A stretch of 64,000 nucleotides of DNA, taken from contig OZ245838.1 in the NCBI GenBank assembly GCA_965228735.1, positions 2,816,001-2,880,000 on the forward strand, written 5' to 3'. A program made the translations under genes and the position numbers. Below are positions 1-10,522 of the stretch, piece by piece. Every line of letters begins with the position of its first letter. Positions within the stretch are counted from its first letter, which is position 1. The notes beneath the pieces were generated by a model. That model saw only the letters and a program-made list of their open reading frames with translations, was not told where the DNA came from and searched no databases. This DNA comes from Planctomycetota bacterium. Its GTDB lineage: Bacteria; Planctomycetota; UBA1135; UBA2386.

Positions 1-1133
1 TCACGGTGCTCGTCTACAACCTCTGCCTCAAGTGGTTCGGCCGGCAGCGGCTCGACACCCTGCTCACGATCGTCCAGACGCTGCTCGCGATCGCGATGGT
101 CGCGGGCAGCCAGATCGCGCCGCGGCTGCTGCAGAACTCCGAGCTGCTCGCCGACTTCGACGCCACGTCGCTGTGGGCGATCCTGCTGCCGCCCGTGTGG
201 TTCGGGGCGATCGACGCGATGTTCACCACGGCGACGCCGATCGAACACCTGTGGCCGCTCGCTGCGCTCGGGGTCATCGCGACGATCGTCGTCGCGTGGC
301 TCGCGTTCGACCGGCTCGCGAAGTCCTACGGCGAAGGCCTGCAGGCGCTCGGCGAGGGTTCGGGACCGGCCGTCGCCGACGACCGCGATCGCCGGCTGCA
401 CGCGGTCACGCGCTGGCCGCTGCTCTCCCTCTGGCTGCGCGACCCCGTCGAACGGCACGCGTTCGTGCTCACCAGCGCCTACCTGCTGCGCGACCGCGAG
501 ACCAAGATGAAGATCTACCCCGGTCTCGCACCACTGCTCGTGATGCCTGTCGTCCTCATCGGCATCGACCAGGGCATCAGCGAGTCGTTCGTCTTCCTCG
601 ACTACGTGATGCTCACCTACCTCGTGATCATCCCGATCCAGCCGCTCGTGTTCCTGCGCCACACGGAGCACTACCGGGCCGCCGAACTGTTCCGGATCAC
701 CCCGCTGCCGCACTGGGCGCCGCTCTACCACGGCATGCGCAAGGCCACGCTGGTCTGGCTCGGCGTGCCGAGCACGGTCGTTCTCGTCGCGATCATGCTC
801 GCCATCCGCGGCCGCGTCGAGCTGCTGCTCGCGGCCGTGCCGGTCGTCGCCATGATGCCGGTGTACTCGCTCGTGCCCGGCTACGTCCGCGCCCGCGACG
901 GCTGGCTGCCGCTCAGCAAGGCGCCGGCGGACCTGCAGAACGCGTCGCTCGGCTGCATGGTCATGGCAGTGGCCATGGGCTCGGCCATGCTCGTCGCCGT
1001 GATCGGGGGTGTGCTCGCCCAGTTCGGCTTCGGCCTCGTCTACGCCGGCGTCGCGATCGTCGCCTCGTTGTTGCTGCAACGCGTCCTCACGCGCGGCATG
1101 CTGGCGCACGCATGGAATCCGACGCGGAGCTGA
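1..1133 (+). CDS. Multi-pass membrane protein, ABC-2-type permease-like (5' partial)
   Basis: ORF is open from the window edge, has many hydrophobic helices and shows high-GC3 codon usage. Confidence 0.65.
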   Translation, partial: TVLVYNLCLKWFGRQRLDTLLTIVQTLLAIAMVAGSQIAPRLLQNSELLADFDATSLWAILLPPVWFGAIDAMFTTATPIEHLWPLAALGVIATIVVAWLAFDRLAKSYGEGLQALGEGSGPAVADDRDRRLHAVTRWPLLSLWLRDPVERHAFVLTSAYLLRDRETKMKIYPGLAPLLVMPVVLIGIDQGISESFVFLDYVMLTYLVIIPIQPLVFLRHTEHYRAAELFRITPLPHWAPLYHGMRKATLVWLGVPSTVVLVAIMLAIRGRVELLLAAVPVVAMMPVYSLVPGYVRARDGWLPLSKAPADLQNASLGCMVMAVAMGSAMLVAVIGGVLAQFGFGLVYAGVAIVASLLLQRVLTRGMLAHAWNPTRS

Positions 1134-2008
1134 GTCCCCTCGCCGACGCCCCGATCGTCGTCCTCGGCGCGCCGCGGTCCGGAACGACGTATCTGCGGAG
1201 CATTCTCGACCGCCATCCCGAGATCACGATCAGCAACGAGGTCCGCCTGTTCGAGTGGCTGCACCGCACGCTGGAGCTCACGAACGATCACGAGGCGGTC
1301 CTGTTCGAGCGCGACGAGTTCCGCGCGCACGTCGAACCCCGACTCCGCGCCGCCGTGCGGAGCTACTACGACGGTCGCAAGTCCGGCGCGCGCTGGTGGG
1401 GCGACAAGAACCCGCACTACGCCGCGCACCCGGCGACGCTCGCGACGATCGCGCGGCTGTGGCCCGAGGCGACGTTCCTGCACATCGTCCGCGACCCGCG
1501 GGCCGTGCTCGCGTCGCTGCTGCACAAGAAGCACCCGGACGGCACCCGCTGGATCGCGCACCCGGAATACGCCCACACCCTGATCGCCAACCACCTCGAC
1601 TTCGCCCATCGGTTTCGCGACGAACACCCGAACGCGCGGTTCTACGAGCTGCGGTACGAGGACCTCGTCGCCGACGACGAGGGCGTGGCCCGGCGGCTCT
1701 TCGAGTACCTCGCGATCCCGTTCGCGGACGCGGTCGCGGCGTTCTGCCGCGGGCAGCAGGAAGAGCGCACGGGCTTCAGCGGCCCGACATCGGACCTGCA
1801 GAGCGCGGGTGATCGTGACGTCGCGCACGCCGCTTGGGCCGCGGTCGCGCCGCCGCACCAGCAACGCGAGAGCCTGCGGTTCCTCGCGCCGTACCTGATC
1901 CGGCACGGCTACGAGACCGAGGCGAGCGTCGGCGAGCTCACCGACGCGTTGCCGCCCGCGGGGCCGGAGCCGGACGCGGGCAGCGAGTCGCCGCCGCCCA
2001 GTCGGTAG
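1112..2008 (+). CDS. Sulfotransferase family protein
   Basis: PAPS-binding motif VLGAPRSGTT, plus WGDKNP, HIVRDPR and RYEDLV. ATG 1112 overlaps the end of the upstream gene. Confidence 0.9.
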   Translation: MESDAELSPLADAPIVVLGAPRSGTTYLRSILDRHPEITISNEVRLFEWLHRTLELTNDHEAVLFERDEFRAHVEPRLRAAVRSYYDGRKSGARWWGDKNPHYAAHPATLATIARLWPEATFLHIVRDPRAVLASLLHKKHPDGTRWIAHPEYAHTLIANHLDFAHRFRDEHPNARFYELRYEDLVADDEGVARRLFEYLAIPFADAVAAFCRGQQEERTGFSGPTSDLQSAGDRDVAHAAWAAVAPPHQQRESLRFLAPYLIRHGYETEASVGELTDALPPAGPEPDAGSESPPPSR

Positions 2009-2025
2009 GGACGAACCAGCCCGGG

Positions 2026-3495
2026 CTAGTAGCCGAACGTCGCCGCGACGGCGTTGCTCACGGCGATGCCGCCGGTGGCCGCCGCGTCGAGCGAAGCCGC
2101 CTGGAAGAACACGTCGAAGCCGATGAACGACGCGAGCGCGGGCACGGGGAACGAGTAGGTGCCGGTGCCGCCGCTCACGCCGAATAGCAACGTGAACTGC
2201 GCGCTCTGCCACAGGTCACACGACGCGCCGAGTCCGAACTGGGCGAGGTTGACGGGCAACGCGCCGAGCGCCGACGTCGAGTCCGAGAACCCGAAGCTCA
2301 CGAACGCGACGGCAGCCGCCGGATCGAGGTTGCTCGCGTCGAGCTGCAGCGTGGAACCGAGCACCGGCACGTTGGCCGCGGCGAGTGCCGGCACGCCGCT
2401 GCCGCCCGGGCAACCCGCGCCGTAGGTCGAAGCCACGGCCGCACACCCCTGGATCCAGGTCTCGTCCGTGAACGGCCCGAAGAACGCCGCGCCACCGCCG
2501 AACGACACGTGGCAGTCCCCCGGTCCCTCGGCGGTCGCGAAGCGCACGCGCGGCGCCGTCGGGCTGCCGAACGCGCCGGTGACGTCGGTCCAGCTCGTGC
2601 CGTCGAAGATCCAGGTATCGCTGAGCGGCGTCGTGCCGGACAGCGTGCTGTCGTAGCCACCGTGCATCACGTAGACGCCGGTCGCTTCGTCGTACAGCAT
2701 GCTCGCGCCCGCGCGTGCCGGCGGCAGCGGGCCGGTCGCCGGCGTGATGTCCGTCCAGGTATCGGTCACGGCCGAGTAGACCCAGGTGTCGTTGAACACG
2801 ATCTCGCCGTTCGGCCCGGGCGGGTTGTTGAAGTTGGTGCCGCCGAACAGCAGCACGCCGCCGAGCGACGTCGCGGTGCAGAGCGACGCCTGCGACCGCC
2901 GCTCGGGCGAGACCGCCGGCGTCGTCAGCGACCAGTCCGCGCCGTCGTACTCGAGCGTCTCGGCCGGCATCGGCACGATGCCCTGGAACAGCTCACCGCC
3001 GAACAGCACGACGCGCTGCCCGATCACGTCGAACGCCATCGACACCTCGCCGATGCCGTTGTTCGAACCGATGAGCGACCCCGGCGTGTTGGTCGTGGTG
3101 ACCTGGCTCCAGTTCGCGCCGTCCCACTCCCACGTGTCGTTCCGGTGGTTGCCGCCGATCAGCGACGCACTCAGTCCGCCGTAGAGCACCGTGCGATCGC
3201 GGAAGACGTCGTGGGCGATCCCCGCGAAGTAGCGCGCCGGCGGCGTCGTCGCCGGTGAGAGCTGCGCCCAATCGACGCCGTCCCACACCCACGTGTCGTC
3301 GTAGTTCGTCGGCGGGAACCCGGCGAGGTCCGCGCCACCGAACAGCAGCGTGTAGCCACCGGACAGGTGGTGCGCCATCGCCGGCTCGAGGCGCGGGGAC
3401 GGCGCGTTCGCGGGAGTCGCCTGGCGCCATTGTGCGGTAACGGAGGCGGTGACGAGGAGCGCCGAGGCGGCGACGAGGGCAGGACGATGCGTCAT
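2026..3495 (-). CDS. Secreted Kelch-repeat beta-propeller protein with conserved C-terminal module
   Basis: Signal peptide, then repeated LFGG...DTWxWDGxxW units. Start placed at MTHRPALV. Confidence 0.85.
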   Translation of the reverse strand: MTHRPALVAASALLVTASVTAQWRQATPANAPSPRLEPAMAHHLSGGYTLLFGGADLAGFPPTNYDDTWVWDGVDWAQLSPATTPPARYFAGIAHDVFRDRTVLYGGLSASLIGGNHRNDTWEWDGANWSQVTTTNTPGSLIGSNNGIGEVSMAFDVIGQRVVLFGGELFQGIVPMPAETLEYDGADWSLTTPAVSPERRSQASLCTATSLGGVLLFGGTNFNNPPGPNGEIVFNDTWVYSAVTDTWTDITPATGPLPPARAGASMLYDEATGVYVMHGGYDSTLSGTTPLSDTWIFDGTSWTDVTGAFGSPTAPRVRFATAEGPGDCHVSFGGGAAFFGPFTDETWIQGCAAVASTYGAGCPGGSGVPALAAANVPVLGSTLQLDASNLDPAAAVAFVSFGFSDSTSALGALPVNLAQFGLGASCDLWQSAQFTLLFGVSGGTGTYSFPVPALASFIGFDVFFQAASLDAAATGGIAVSNAVAATFGY

Positions 3496-3640
3496 GATGG
3501 AGTGCGGCGGGGTGGCAGGTCGGCGACGTTCGCGAGCGCGCCGACGGAGATGCCGATCGTAGAACCACGAGAACGAGCGGACCAGCGCGCCCCCCACCGC
3601 GACTGCCGCCACTGCCGCTTGGCCGTATCGTTACGGCGCC

Positions 3641-4525
3641 TCAGCGGCCTCGTGCCCGCTCGATCAACTCGGCGACCGCGTCGGTCTCGCAATACTGCGC
3701 GACCGCCTCGAGGTGCGACTGAACCTCGGTGCGAGCGAGGTCACGATCGAGCAGCTCCGCCGCGAGCCGCAGCGATGCAGCACCGGTGTTCAGGTGCGCG
3801 CAGCCGTTGACCTCGACCGCCGCGCGCAGCGACCGCAGGGCAGCCGCCGGATCGCCGCGGTCGAGCGCCCGGAGTCCGTCGATGTTCGCGACGAAGTTGA
3901 CGGCGCACTCGCACACGTGCGCGTTCCGCGGCAAACCCTCCCACCGCGTTCGCAGCTCGTCGTAGCGCGGCCAGTCCGCCTGTTCGACGGCATGGCGCAT
4001 GGCTCGACTCAGTTCGTGCGAGTGCCATTCCGGATCGGTCCTCGCCAACAACTCGTCGAACGTCGCCGCGTAGCGCGGGTCACCCAGCGCCCGCAACGCC
4101 TCGACGTAGACCTCGAGGAACTCGCGATCGCCCGCGAGCGGTGCGCCGACGCGATCCAGGGCGGCCACGGCGCGCTGCACCATTGCGAGGTCCGGCTGCC
4201 GCCGCGACGCGGCCGCCATCCACAACTGTCCTTCGAGGAACGCCTGGAGCGACGCGTCATCGAGTTGCCACGAGCGGATGCAGGCCTCGACATCATCCGC
4301 CGCCAACCCCGGGATCGATTGCCCATGGGGATCGGTGACGAGGAGGTACGGATCCGCTGCCGCGAGCTTCAGGACCGCAGTCCGCATCAGCTCTGCCGCG
4401 TCATCACCGTCGTAACGGAACGAGTTCTGGAAGAACCGCAGGCACTGAGAGAGCGAGGCGTCGCCGGCCCGCAGAGCCGCGACGTAACCGTCCATGGCGA
4501 GCTTCATGAAGCGATCCGACCTCAT
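3641..4525 (-). CDS. Hypothetical alpha-helical protein
   Basis: Protein-like composition with CEC and GCAH motifs. Start uncertain (4525 or 4537). Confidence 0.6.
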   Translation of the reverse strand: MRSDRFMKLAMDGYVAALRAGDASLSQCLRFFQNSFRYDGDDAAELMRTAVLKLAAADPYLLVTDPHGQSIPGLAADDVEACIRSWQLDDASLQAFLEGQLWMAAASRRQPDLAMVQRAVAALDRVGAPLAGDREFLEVYVEALRALGDPRYAATFDELLARTDPEWHSHELSRAMRHAVEQADWPRYDELRTRWEGLPRNAHVCECAVNFVANIDGLRALDRGDPAAALRSLRAAVEVNGCAHLNTGAASLRLAAELLDRDLARTEVQSHLEAVAQYCETDAVAELIERARGR

Positions 4526-4608
4526 CGACGGGAGCATAGCGCCGATCGCGCACGCCTGACGGCGCCCGATCGGCGCGGGCAAGTCGCACGCGTTAGAGTG
4601 CGATCTCG

Positions 4609-4917
4609 ATGTCCCGAACGGAGCCACCCACGAATCGGCCTGGCGGCCTGAGGACTGCATCGCGGTGCGCGGTTCTTCTGGTCGGCAGCACCATGTTCCT
4701 GGTCGGGGGGACCATCGGCGTAGAGTGGCTCTTGGAACCGCTCGGGATGTTGTCCCTCGTGTGGTTCCTCGTCATCTTCTTCGCGCCATTCGTCCTCGTC
4801 CCGTTGCACCTCAGGTATCAGTCGCCGCGAGAGCACAGCGTGACTCTGGCGTTCGTCACGGGCGTGGGATCGTGGCTGCTGTTCTGGTGCGTACTGATCA
4901 TCAACTCTGCGACCTGA
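4609..4917 (+). CDS. Small membrane protein (about 3 TM)
   Basis: 102 aa ORF with three hydrophobic stretches. Confidence 0.5.
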   Translation: MSRTEPPTNRPGGLRTASRCAVLLVGSTMFLVGGTIGVEWLLEPLGMLSLVWFLVIFFAPFVLVPLHLRYQSPREHSVTLAFVTGVGSWLLFWCVLIINSAT

Positions 4918-5032
4918 CAGAGCTGCCCACATACGGCCGTCAGCTGGCATGTCACAGAGCTGCGCGGATTCGCCGCAGCCCCAGCCAGAGAATCACGTAG
5001 CACGCCGCGGCTCTCCTGGTCATTCCCTTCGC

Positions 5033-7645
5033 ATGGTGCTGCGAAACAAGACGATTGACCGCCGGTTTCGGCGGTTCTGCGAAACCGGTGACCCAGACGC
5101 CCTCGGCGACGTGTTCGACGCGACGGCCGGACGACTCATGAGGGTCGCGCTCTGGCTCGCCCGTAACCGGAACGACGCCGAGGACCTGCTCCAACGCACG
5201 TTCTTGCAGGCAATCGAAACGCGCGAGCAGTTTCGGATCGGCGAGCCCGTGCTGCCGTGGCTCATCGGGCTATTGGGCAACCAGACCCGCAAGCTACGTA
5301 GCGAGCGCGATCGGACGGCGGCGTCACGAGGTCTCGTCGACAAGGTCGATGACCCCGAGGTCGCAGTCGCTTCTCGCGAGCTCGCCGGTGCGGTGAAGGC
5401 CGTCAGTAATCGGCTCGGCGAGCCTTACCGCGATGTGCTGCTCCTGCACCTGGAGTCTGGGCTGAACGCCAAGGAGATCGCCGCACGACTCGATCGGCCG
5501 GCGGGGACGGTCCGAACGCAGTTGGTGCGCGCGCTGGAACTCCTGCGGCGACGACTGCCCAACGGGTTCGTCGCCGGCATGGTCGCCATCACGGCACCCG
5601 AGGTGTCGGCGTTGGCCGGCACGCGCGAAGAGATCGTGCGAGCCGCACATGCGGCGGTTCCTGCATCGGTCGCTTCCGTCGCGGCCGCCGGACTCGCTGT
5701 CGGAGGATCGATTGTGGCGAAGAAGTTGGCGGTAGCAGTATCGGCCCTCGCGCTCGTCGGTGGAATCACCATCTGGGCCATGGCCGCGGTGCGATCCGAT
5801 CCCGTCGCCGATTCAGCGGGAGAAAGTACGCGACTGGTGACGATGTCGGAGCCTTCCCGGAAGGAACCCACGCCGCACCGCCAGCTCGCCAGAACGCCAG
5901 GCGACAGCGGGAAGACGAAGTCAACGGACCACCAGCCCGAAACCTGGTCTCCGAACCTGATCGTCGTCGATGAGAGCGGGCAGCCCGTAGCAAACGCCGA
6001 GGTATCGATCTGGGCACCACGAAGGGTCGAGCCATCGCCGCGAGGAGGACGACGGTACGAGGGCCGGGAGAAGGCTGCCAGGGCGGAGCTCGTAACCGAC
6101 ACCCGTGGGCGGGCACGCGCCTCGGTCGACTTCGAAGCCTGTGTCGTGGCGGCGAACCGCGCCGACATCGGCCGAAGTCGCGAGCTCTGGCTGACCGCCA
6201 AGGGCGGGACGGCGACTCTCGTGCTCGAACCTCCGATTCGCCTACGTGGGCGCGTCGTCGACGAACGCGGAACGCCCGTGGCCGGGGCTTCGGTCGAAGT
6301 CAAGTGCGTGCCCCATACGGGCCTCTACCTCAATCGTGGCGCGCCTCCGACTCCGCCACCCGGAACCGTGGACCGCGACGGTCGTTTCTCGATCGACGTG
6401 TTCCGGGGCGCAAACTACACGTTGAGCGCGCGGCTACGCGAGCGACAGTCGTTTCGGGTGCGCGTCAGTGTCGACGATCGCGAACCGCTGCCCGTGACGC
6501 TTCGGTTCCCCGGAGCAACGAAGATCTCCGGCATCGTTGTCGACGGCTACGGACGACCGGTTCCGCGAGCCAAGGTCACCGCGTGGCGGATCCTGGCCCC
6601 CGACGATGATCACGCCGAACCCGAACGGGAGCGAGCTCTCGCCGATGCCGACGGCACCTTCGAGGTGATCGTCAGGTCGCACGCTCGCTACCAGTTGCTG
6701 GCGGCTGCGGACGGATACGCGACGAGTGCCCTTGCGAAGACCCAGACGACCCCGAAGGAACCGCACCCAAAGACGCAGCTCGTATTGCGGGAATTCGCAT
6801 CGATCACCGGGCGACTCGCAAGAGCCGACGGGCGTCCGCTGCCGGGCATCAAGGTCATCGCCAAACCCGAGTCGGGAGAGCCGTCGCCGCGGGCAGACAT
6901 CCCGAACCAAGAAGACCTCTTCCCACGAGTGAAGACATCCGTCACCGACGCTGACGGCAGGTTCGGGCTCCGGGTTCACCCGGACACCGCGTGGACGATC
7001 TCCGCCAGGCTGCAGCCCGGAAACTGGCGAATGGCCGTGCATCGACGCGGCGTCGCTCCCGGCACGACGAACCTGCTGATCACGGTGAGTGATGCTGAGT
7101 CACGGGGATGCGTAGTCGCCGGTCGTGTCCGGCGCCGCGACGGGCAGCCCGTAGGCTCGCTCCGGGTCGAAGTCGTCGATTACGATGACGACGGGAAACC
7201 CGTGACCTCGAGCCGCGTGCCGGCGAACGTCGAGGGCGACACGTTCACGTGCCCGCCGCTGCCGATCAACGCAACCTTCGCGCTACGGGTCCATGACGAA
7301 GACGACGAAGCCACGGCGCCCGCGATTCTCGGCCCTTTCGAAACCAACCGCGCCACGCTGACGCTCGACTGTTGGCTCGAGAATTGGGGACTACTGCCTG
7401 TCCGAGTGTTCAGTGCCGACGGAACACCAGCACTCGGCGTCGCTGTCTACCTTCGCCGCAGTACGCCATCGGGGTCCGATCACGTGGTCCGCGAGCCCGA
7501 CCTCGAGGGACGGGTGCCTGTTCACCGATGCATTCCAGGGCCACATCGGCTCTACGTGTCGCGCGATTCTCAGACCCTCGTCGAGCGCGATATCGAGGTG
7601 CAGAGCGGTGAGAACATGGAGGTCCTCGTCGAACTGCCGCGCTAA
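5033..7645 (+). CDS. ECF sigma factor fused to a TM helix and carboxypeptidase-regulatory-like (transthyretin-like) repeats
   Basis: Region 2 DAEDLLQRTF...PWL and region 4 EIAARLDRPAGTVRTQL, then a TM segment and repeated GRVVDxxGxPVxGAxV units. Confidence 0.85.
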   Translation: MVLRNKTIDRRFRRFCETGDPDALGDVFDATAGRLMRVALWLARNRNDAEDLLQRTFLQAIETREQFRIGEPVLPWLIGLLGNQTRKLRSERDRTAASRGLVDKVDDPEVAVASRELAGAVKAVSNRLGEPYRDVLLLHLESGLNAKEIAARLDRPAGTVRTQLVRALELLRRRLPNGFVAGMVAITAPEVSALAGTREEIVRAAHAAVPASVASVAAAGLAVGGSIVAKKLAVAVSALALVGGITIWAMAAVRSDPVADSAGESTRLVTMSEPSRKEPTPHRQLARTPGDSGKTKSTDHQPETWSPNLIVVDESGQPVANAEVSIWAPRRVEPSPRGGRRYEGREKAARAELVTDTRGRARASVDFEACVVAANRADIGRSRELWLTAKGGTATLVLEPPIRLRGRVVDERGTPVAGASVEVKCVPHTGLYLNRGAPPTPPPGTVDRDGRFSIDVFRGANYTLSARLRERQSFRVRVSVDDREPLPVTLRFPGATKISGIVVDGYGRPVPRAKVTAWRILAPDDDHAEPERERALADADGTFEVIVRSHARYQLLAAADGYATSALAKTQTTPKEPHPKTQLVLREFASITGRLARADGRPLPGIKVIAKPESGEPSPRADIPNQEDLFPRVKTSVTDADGRFGLRVHPDTAWTISARLQPGNWRMAVHRRGVAPGTTNLLITVSDAESRGCVVAGRVRRRDGQPVGSLRVEVVDYDDDGKPVTSSRVPANVEGDTFTCPPLPINATFALRVHDEDDEATAPAILGPFETNRATLTLDCWLENWGLLPVRVFSADGTPALGVAVYLRRSTPSGSDHVVREPDLEGRVPVHRCIPGPHRLYVSRDSQTLVERDIEVQSGENMEVLVELPR

Positions 7646-7811
7646 TGCCGCTCGTCGGTGACCAGCGGCCAGGGCGTACTGAAGCCGTGGAAGTACCCAT
7701 CGAGCAGGCTCGATCGGGTTCACCGGCCGCGCCATGACGCACGCCAGTAGAAAGGCCGACACAGCCGTTCAGCCACTAGACAGGCCGGCCGCAGCACAGG
7801 AGAGTGAGGTC

Positions 7812-8987
7812 ATGCGTCTCGTGGTATCGATGGCCTTTCTCATCACCGCGTCAGCGGCATCACAGACCTTCATCGTCGACGCCGCCAACGGACCAGGTGC
7901 TCACTACACCGACCTGCCAGCGGCCGTCGCCGCGGTGCCCGATGGCGCCGTGCTGCTCGTTCGTCCAGGCCACTACACGGGGTTCGCGGTCGCAGGAAAG
8001 GGACTCTCGATCCTCGGAGAAGGGGCGAAGATCACCGGCTCGATCGCGCTCACGAGCACGCAGTCGCACCAGGGGATCGCGATCCGTGGGTTGCGTTGGA
8101 CATCGGCCCAGCTCCTGACTGGGGACAAGCTCCTCAAGTTGGCGAACTGCGCTGGTCCTGTGCTCGTCGAGACACTCGAGCAACCCGCTAGAACGGGCCA
8201 CTGCTCGGCGTGCGCCGTGCCAACCGGAATACACGCGACGTCGTGCGCCCAGATCTGTGTACGCGATTGCCAAATCGGCTGCACGGCCCTGTTCGACTCG
8301 TGCACGGTCACGATCGACTCCTGCCAGATCCGCGGGGAACACTCATCCGCGCCGGGCAACAACTTCGGGCGCTCCGCCGTGGTGTTGTGGGGTTCCGACG
8401 CGCAGGTCTGCGGCGCCTCCGATCTCCGGGGAGGCGATGGTTGGCTCGGGGGACTCGGCACGGCGTTCCCGGGGGTGGGCATTCAGATCTTTGCTCCATC
8501 GACCGTCCGCCTCCTCGACGGCCGGCTCCAGGGAGGACGATGGGGCCCCACCCTGTTTGGACCGCTCGGATCCGCGAACTCGACCAACACTCGCATGTCG
8601 CCAAGGGTGAAGCTCGTTCAGGGCTCCACCTACACGGTCAGCCTGAGCCAAACGGCGATGCCCAGCCTGTCGGCCAACAGCACAGTGCCCGGCGGCGCGA
8701 TCCACGCTGCGACGCGGACGGAGGTTGGCGATCTTGTGGTCCTCGCGGTGGGGTTGCGTAGCGCCACCGCATCGGTCCCCGGATTCGTCGACGGATTCTG
8801 GCTCGATCCAGTTGCGCACGTGTTCCAGGCGATCGGCGTGCAACAAGCCAGCGCCCCAGTAACCGGCACGATCAACGTGCCGAACTGGCCTGGGTTGGTC
8901 GGGCAGCAGCTAGTCTGGCACGCGGCCTGCTTCGGCCCCGTCACGGGGCAGCAGAACAGCAACCCGGCGATCAGCATCGTGCACTAG
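7812..8987 (+). CDS. Secreted beta-rich (beta-helix-like) protein with conserved C-terminal module
   Basis: Signal peptide and an N-terminal IVDAANGPGAHYTDLPAAV...VRPGHY motif. Confidence 0.7.
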   Translation: MRLVVSMAFLITASAASQTFIVDAANGPGAHYTDLPAAVAAVPDGAVLLVRPGHYTGFAVAGKGLSILGEGAKITGSIALTSTQSHQGIAIRGLRWTSAQLLTGDKLLKLANCAGPVLVETLEQPARTGHCSACAVPTGIHATSCAQICVRDCQIGCTALFDSCTVTIDSCQIRGEHSSAPGNNFGRSAVVLWGSDAQVCGASDLRGGDGWLGGLGTAFPGVGIQIFAPSTVRLLDGRLQGGRWGPTLFGPLGSANSTNTRMSPRVKLVQGSTYTVSLSQTAMPSLSANSTVPGGAIHAATRTEVGDLVVLAVGLRSATASVPGFVDGFWLDPVAHVFQAIGVQQASAPVTGTINVPNWPGLVGQQLVWHAACFGPVTGQQNSNPAISIVH

Positions 8988-9087
8988 ACGCTCGCCATGC
9001 ACGCGGCGCCGGGGGATGCGCGACGTGCGACTGGTCAGCCGTTCGCCGCTGCGTCGCCGGCGGCACCGCATTGCACGCCAGGAGAAA

Positions 9088-9186
9088 TGGCGGGAGTGCA
9101 TGGGAATCGAACCCACCGAGAGCCGCGCCAGGCGACCCCCCACAGGTTTTGAAGACCAGGCCGAACACCAGCTCGGATGCACTCCC
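9088..9186 (-). tRNA. selC: tRNA-Sec (anticodon UCA)
   Basis: 8-bp acceptor stem GGGAGTGC/GCACTCCC, 6-bp D stem with 4-nt loop, CTTCAAA anticodon loop, long variable arm, T arm GTGGG-TTCGATT-CCCAT, G discriminator and encoded CCA. Confidence 0.95.
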
Positions 9187-9193
9187 GTGGGGT
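9148..9193. repeat. att direct repeat, left copy (5' half of intact tRNA-Sec)
   Basis: TTTGAAGACCAGGCCGAACACCAGCTCGGATGCACTCCCGTGGGGT, identical to 17526-17571. Confidence 0.95.
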
Positions 9194-9205
9194 TTCTCGC
9201 TCGTT

Positions 9206-9237
9206 CTGGGGCAACAGCCGGTGCAACGGGCTAGAAT
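9206..9237 (+). promoter_or_regulatory. Putative integrase arm sites and -10 box for a leaderless int transcript
   Basis: CTGGGGCAAC and CCGGTGCAAC at 12-bp spacing. TAGAAT at 9232-9237 lies 6 nt before ATG 9244. Confidence 0.45.
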
Positions 9238-9243
9238 TGCCTC

Positions 9244-10301
9244 ATGCCGAGGAGACCCCAGCGCTGGCCTTATGTGGAGAAGTCCGGCGCTGGGTGGCGC
9301 GCGAGCGTATCCATCGACGGCAAGCGATTCAAAGGACCCGTCCGCCGAGGCGATGGCGCGGATCGTCAGGCTCACGAGGACGCCGTGCGGCTTCTCGAAG
9401 AGCGCAAGTCCGAGGCACCGAGCGAGACGACCATCTCGACGGGCTTCGAGATCGTGAGCGCCGCCCTCGACAAGGAACCCGAGACGCGCCCCGCCACGCG
9501 GGACTTCTACCGGAACCACCTCCGGCCGTGGATCGAGGCCCTGGGCGCCGACCGGCTCTGGCGGGCCGTGACCTTCGACGAGGTGCAGCGGATCGTCGAC
9601 CGCTGGCGCGAGACCATCGGCCCGCAAACGATCCGCCACCGCCTCGGCGCAGCCACGCGCGTGGTGCGGCTCCTCGGGCTCCAGTCCAACCCGTTCGATC
9701 GCAACCGCCTCTCGCTACCGAGGCAGCGCAGACAGCGGCGTGAGGATCTGTCGTGGCCCGAGGTGCTCGACATGCTGCGCAAGCTGCGCGACACGAACCA
9801 GCGCACCGAACTGGTCGTGCTGGGGACGATCGCCGGGTTCGGGCTGCGCCGCGCTGAGTTCGCCCGGCTTCGGCGCCGGCACTTCGACCTGCGGAGCGGA
9901 TTTCTGCGCATCTCGGCAGACGTGGGCAAAACCGGCCCCCGCGATCTGCCGATCCCGAAGACGAAGGACACGCGCATCCTGATCGAGGATCTCCTCGACC
10001 TATAGCCCCCGGCCCCGCGGACGGCTTCGTCATTCCGGGCACCAGCGAGCGCCGAAGGATCGACTTCCTGCGGGCCGTGATCGAGCGCGTCCGTCACCTG
10101 ATCGAGAACACGGACGACCGGCTCCAGCTCCATGGCCTGCGCAGAGCGTTCGCGTCGCGCCTCGCCGCGACTTGCACGGTGCCCGTTGCGAGCGCCCTAC
10201 TCGGGCACAACCTCGAAGGCGTCGTCGGCCGCTACGTCCACGCGGACAAGAAGGCCCTAGCCGACGCGATGGACGCCCTGTGGCGCGACTTCGCGGACTA
10301 G
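9244..10301 (+). pseudogene. Tyrosine recombinase/integrase, frameshifted
   Basis: GLRRAE (catalytic R) is in the first frame and HGLRR, LLGH and RY in the second. Removing TA at 10003-10004 restores a single ORF. Confidence 0.9.
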
Positions 10302-10373
10302 GTCGCGAGCCAGCGCCCGACGCAAAGGTGAACGCCCGCGCTTGCGAGCGAGTCGGCCAAACAACTAGGACAA

Positions 10374-10520
10374 CTAGGTCGAACGTGTCGGCAGTAGCTT
10401 GTTCAGGTCCTTGAACAGCTCCTCGAATCGGTCAAGCGCCGTAGCTTCGTCGACTAGAGCGTATTCGCCTCCCTCCCGAGTGAGGCACTCGGCTGGGCGG
10501 TAGTGGTCGAACTCGTCCAC
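10374..10520 (-). pseudogene. C-terminal remnant of a gene truncated by IS256 (resembles AAA/OLD-type ATPase C-termini)
   Basis: VDEFDHYRPAECL...LDRFEELFKDLNKLL*, with the frame running into the IS end. Family assignment is from recollection only. Confidence 0.45.
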
Positions 10521-10522
10521 TT

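Noticed and set aside
3641..8987. Region downstream of selC with somewhat atypical codon usage as a second, 3'-side island
   Set aside because: I found no duplicated tRNA 3' end and no integrase.
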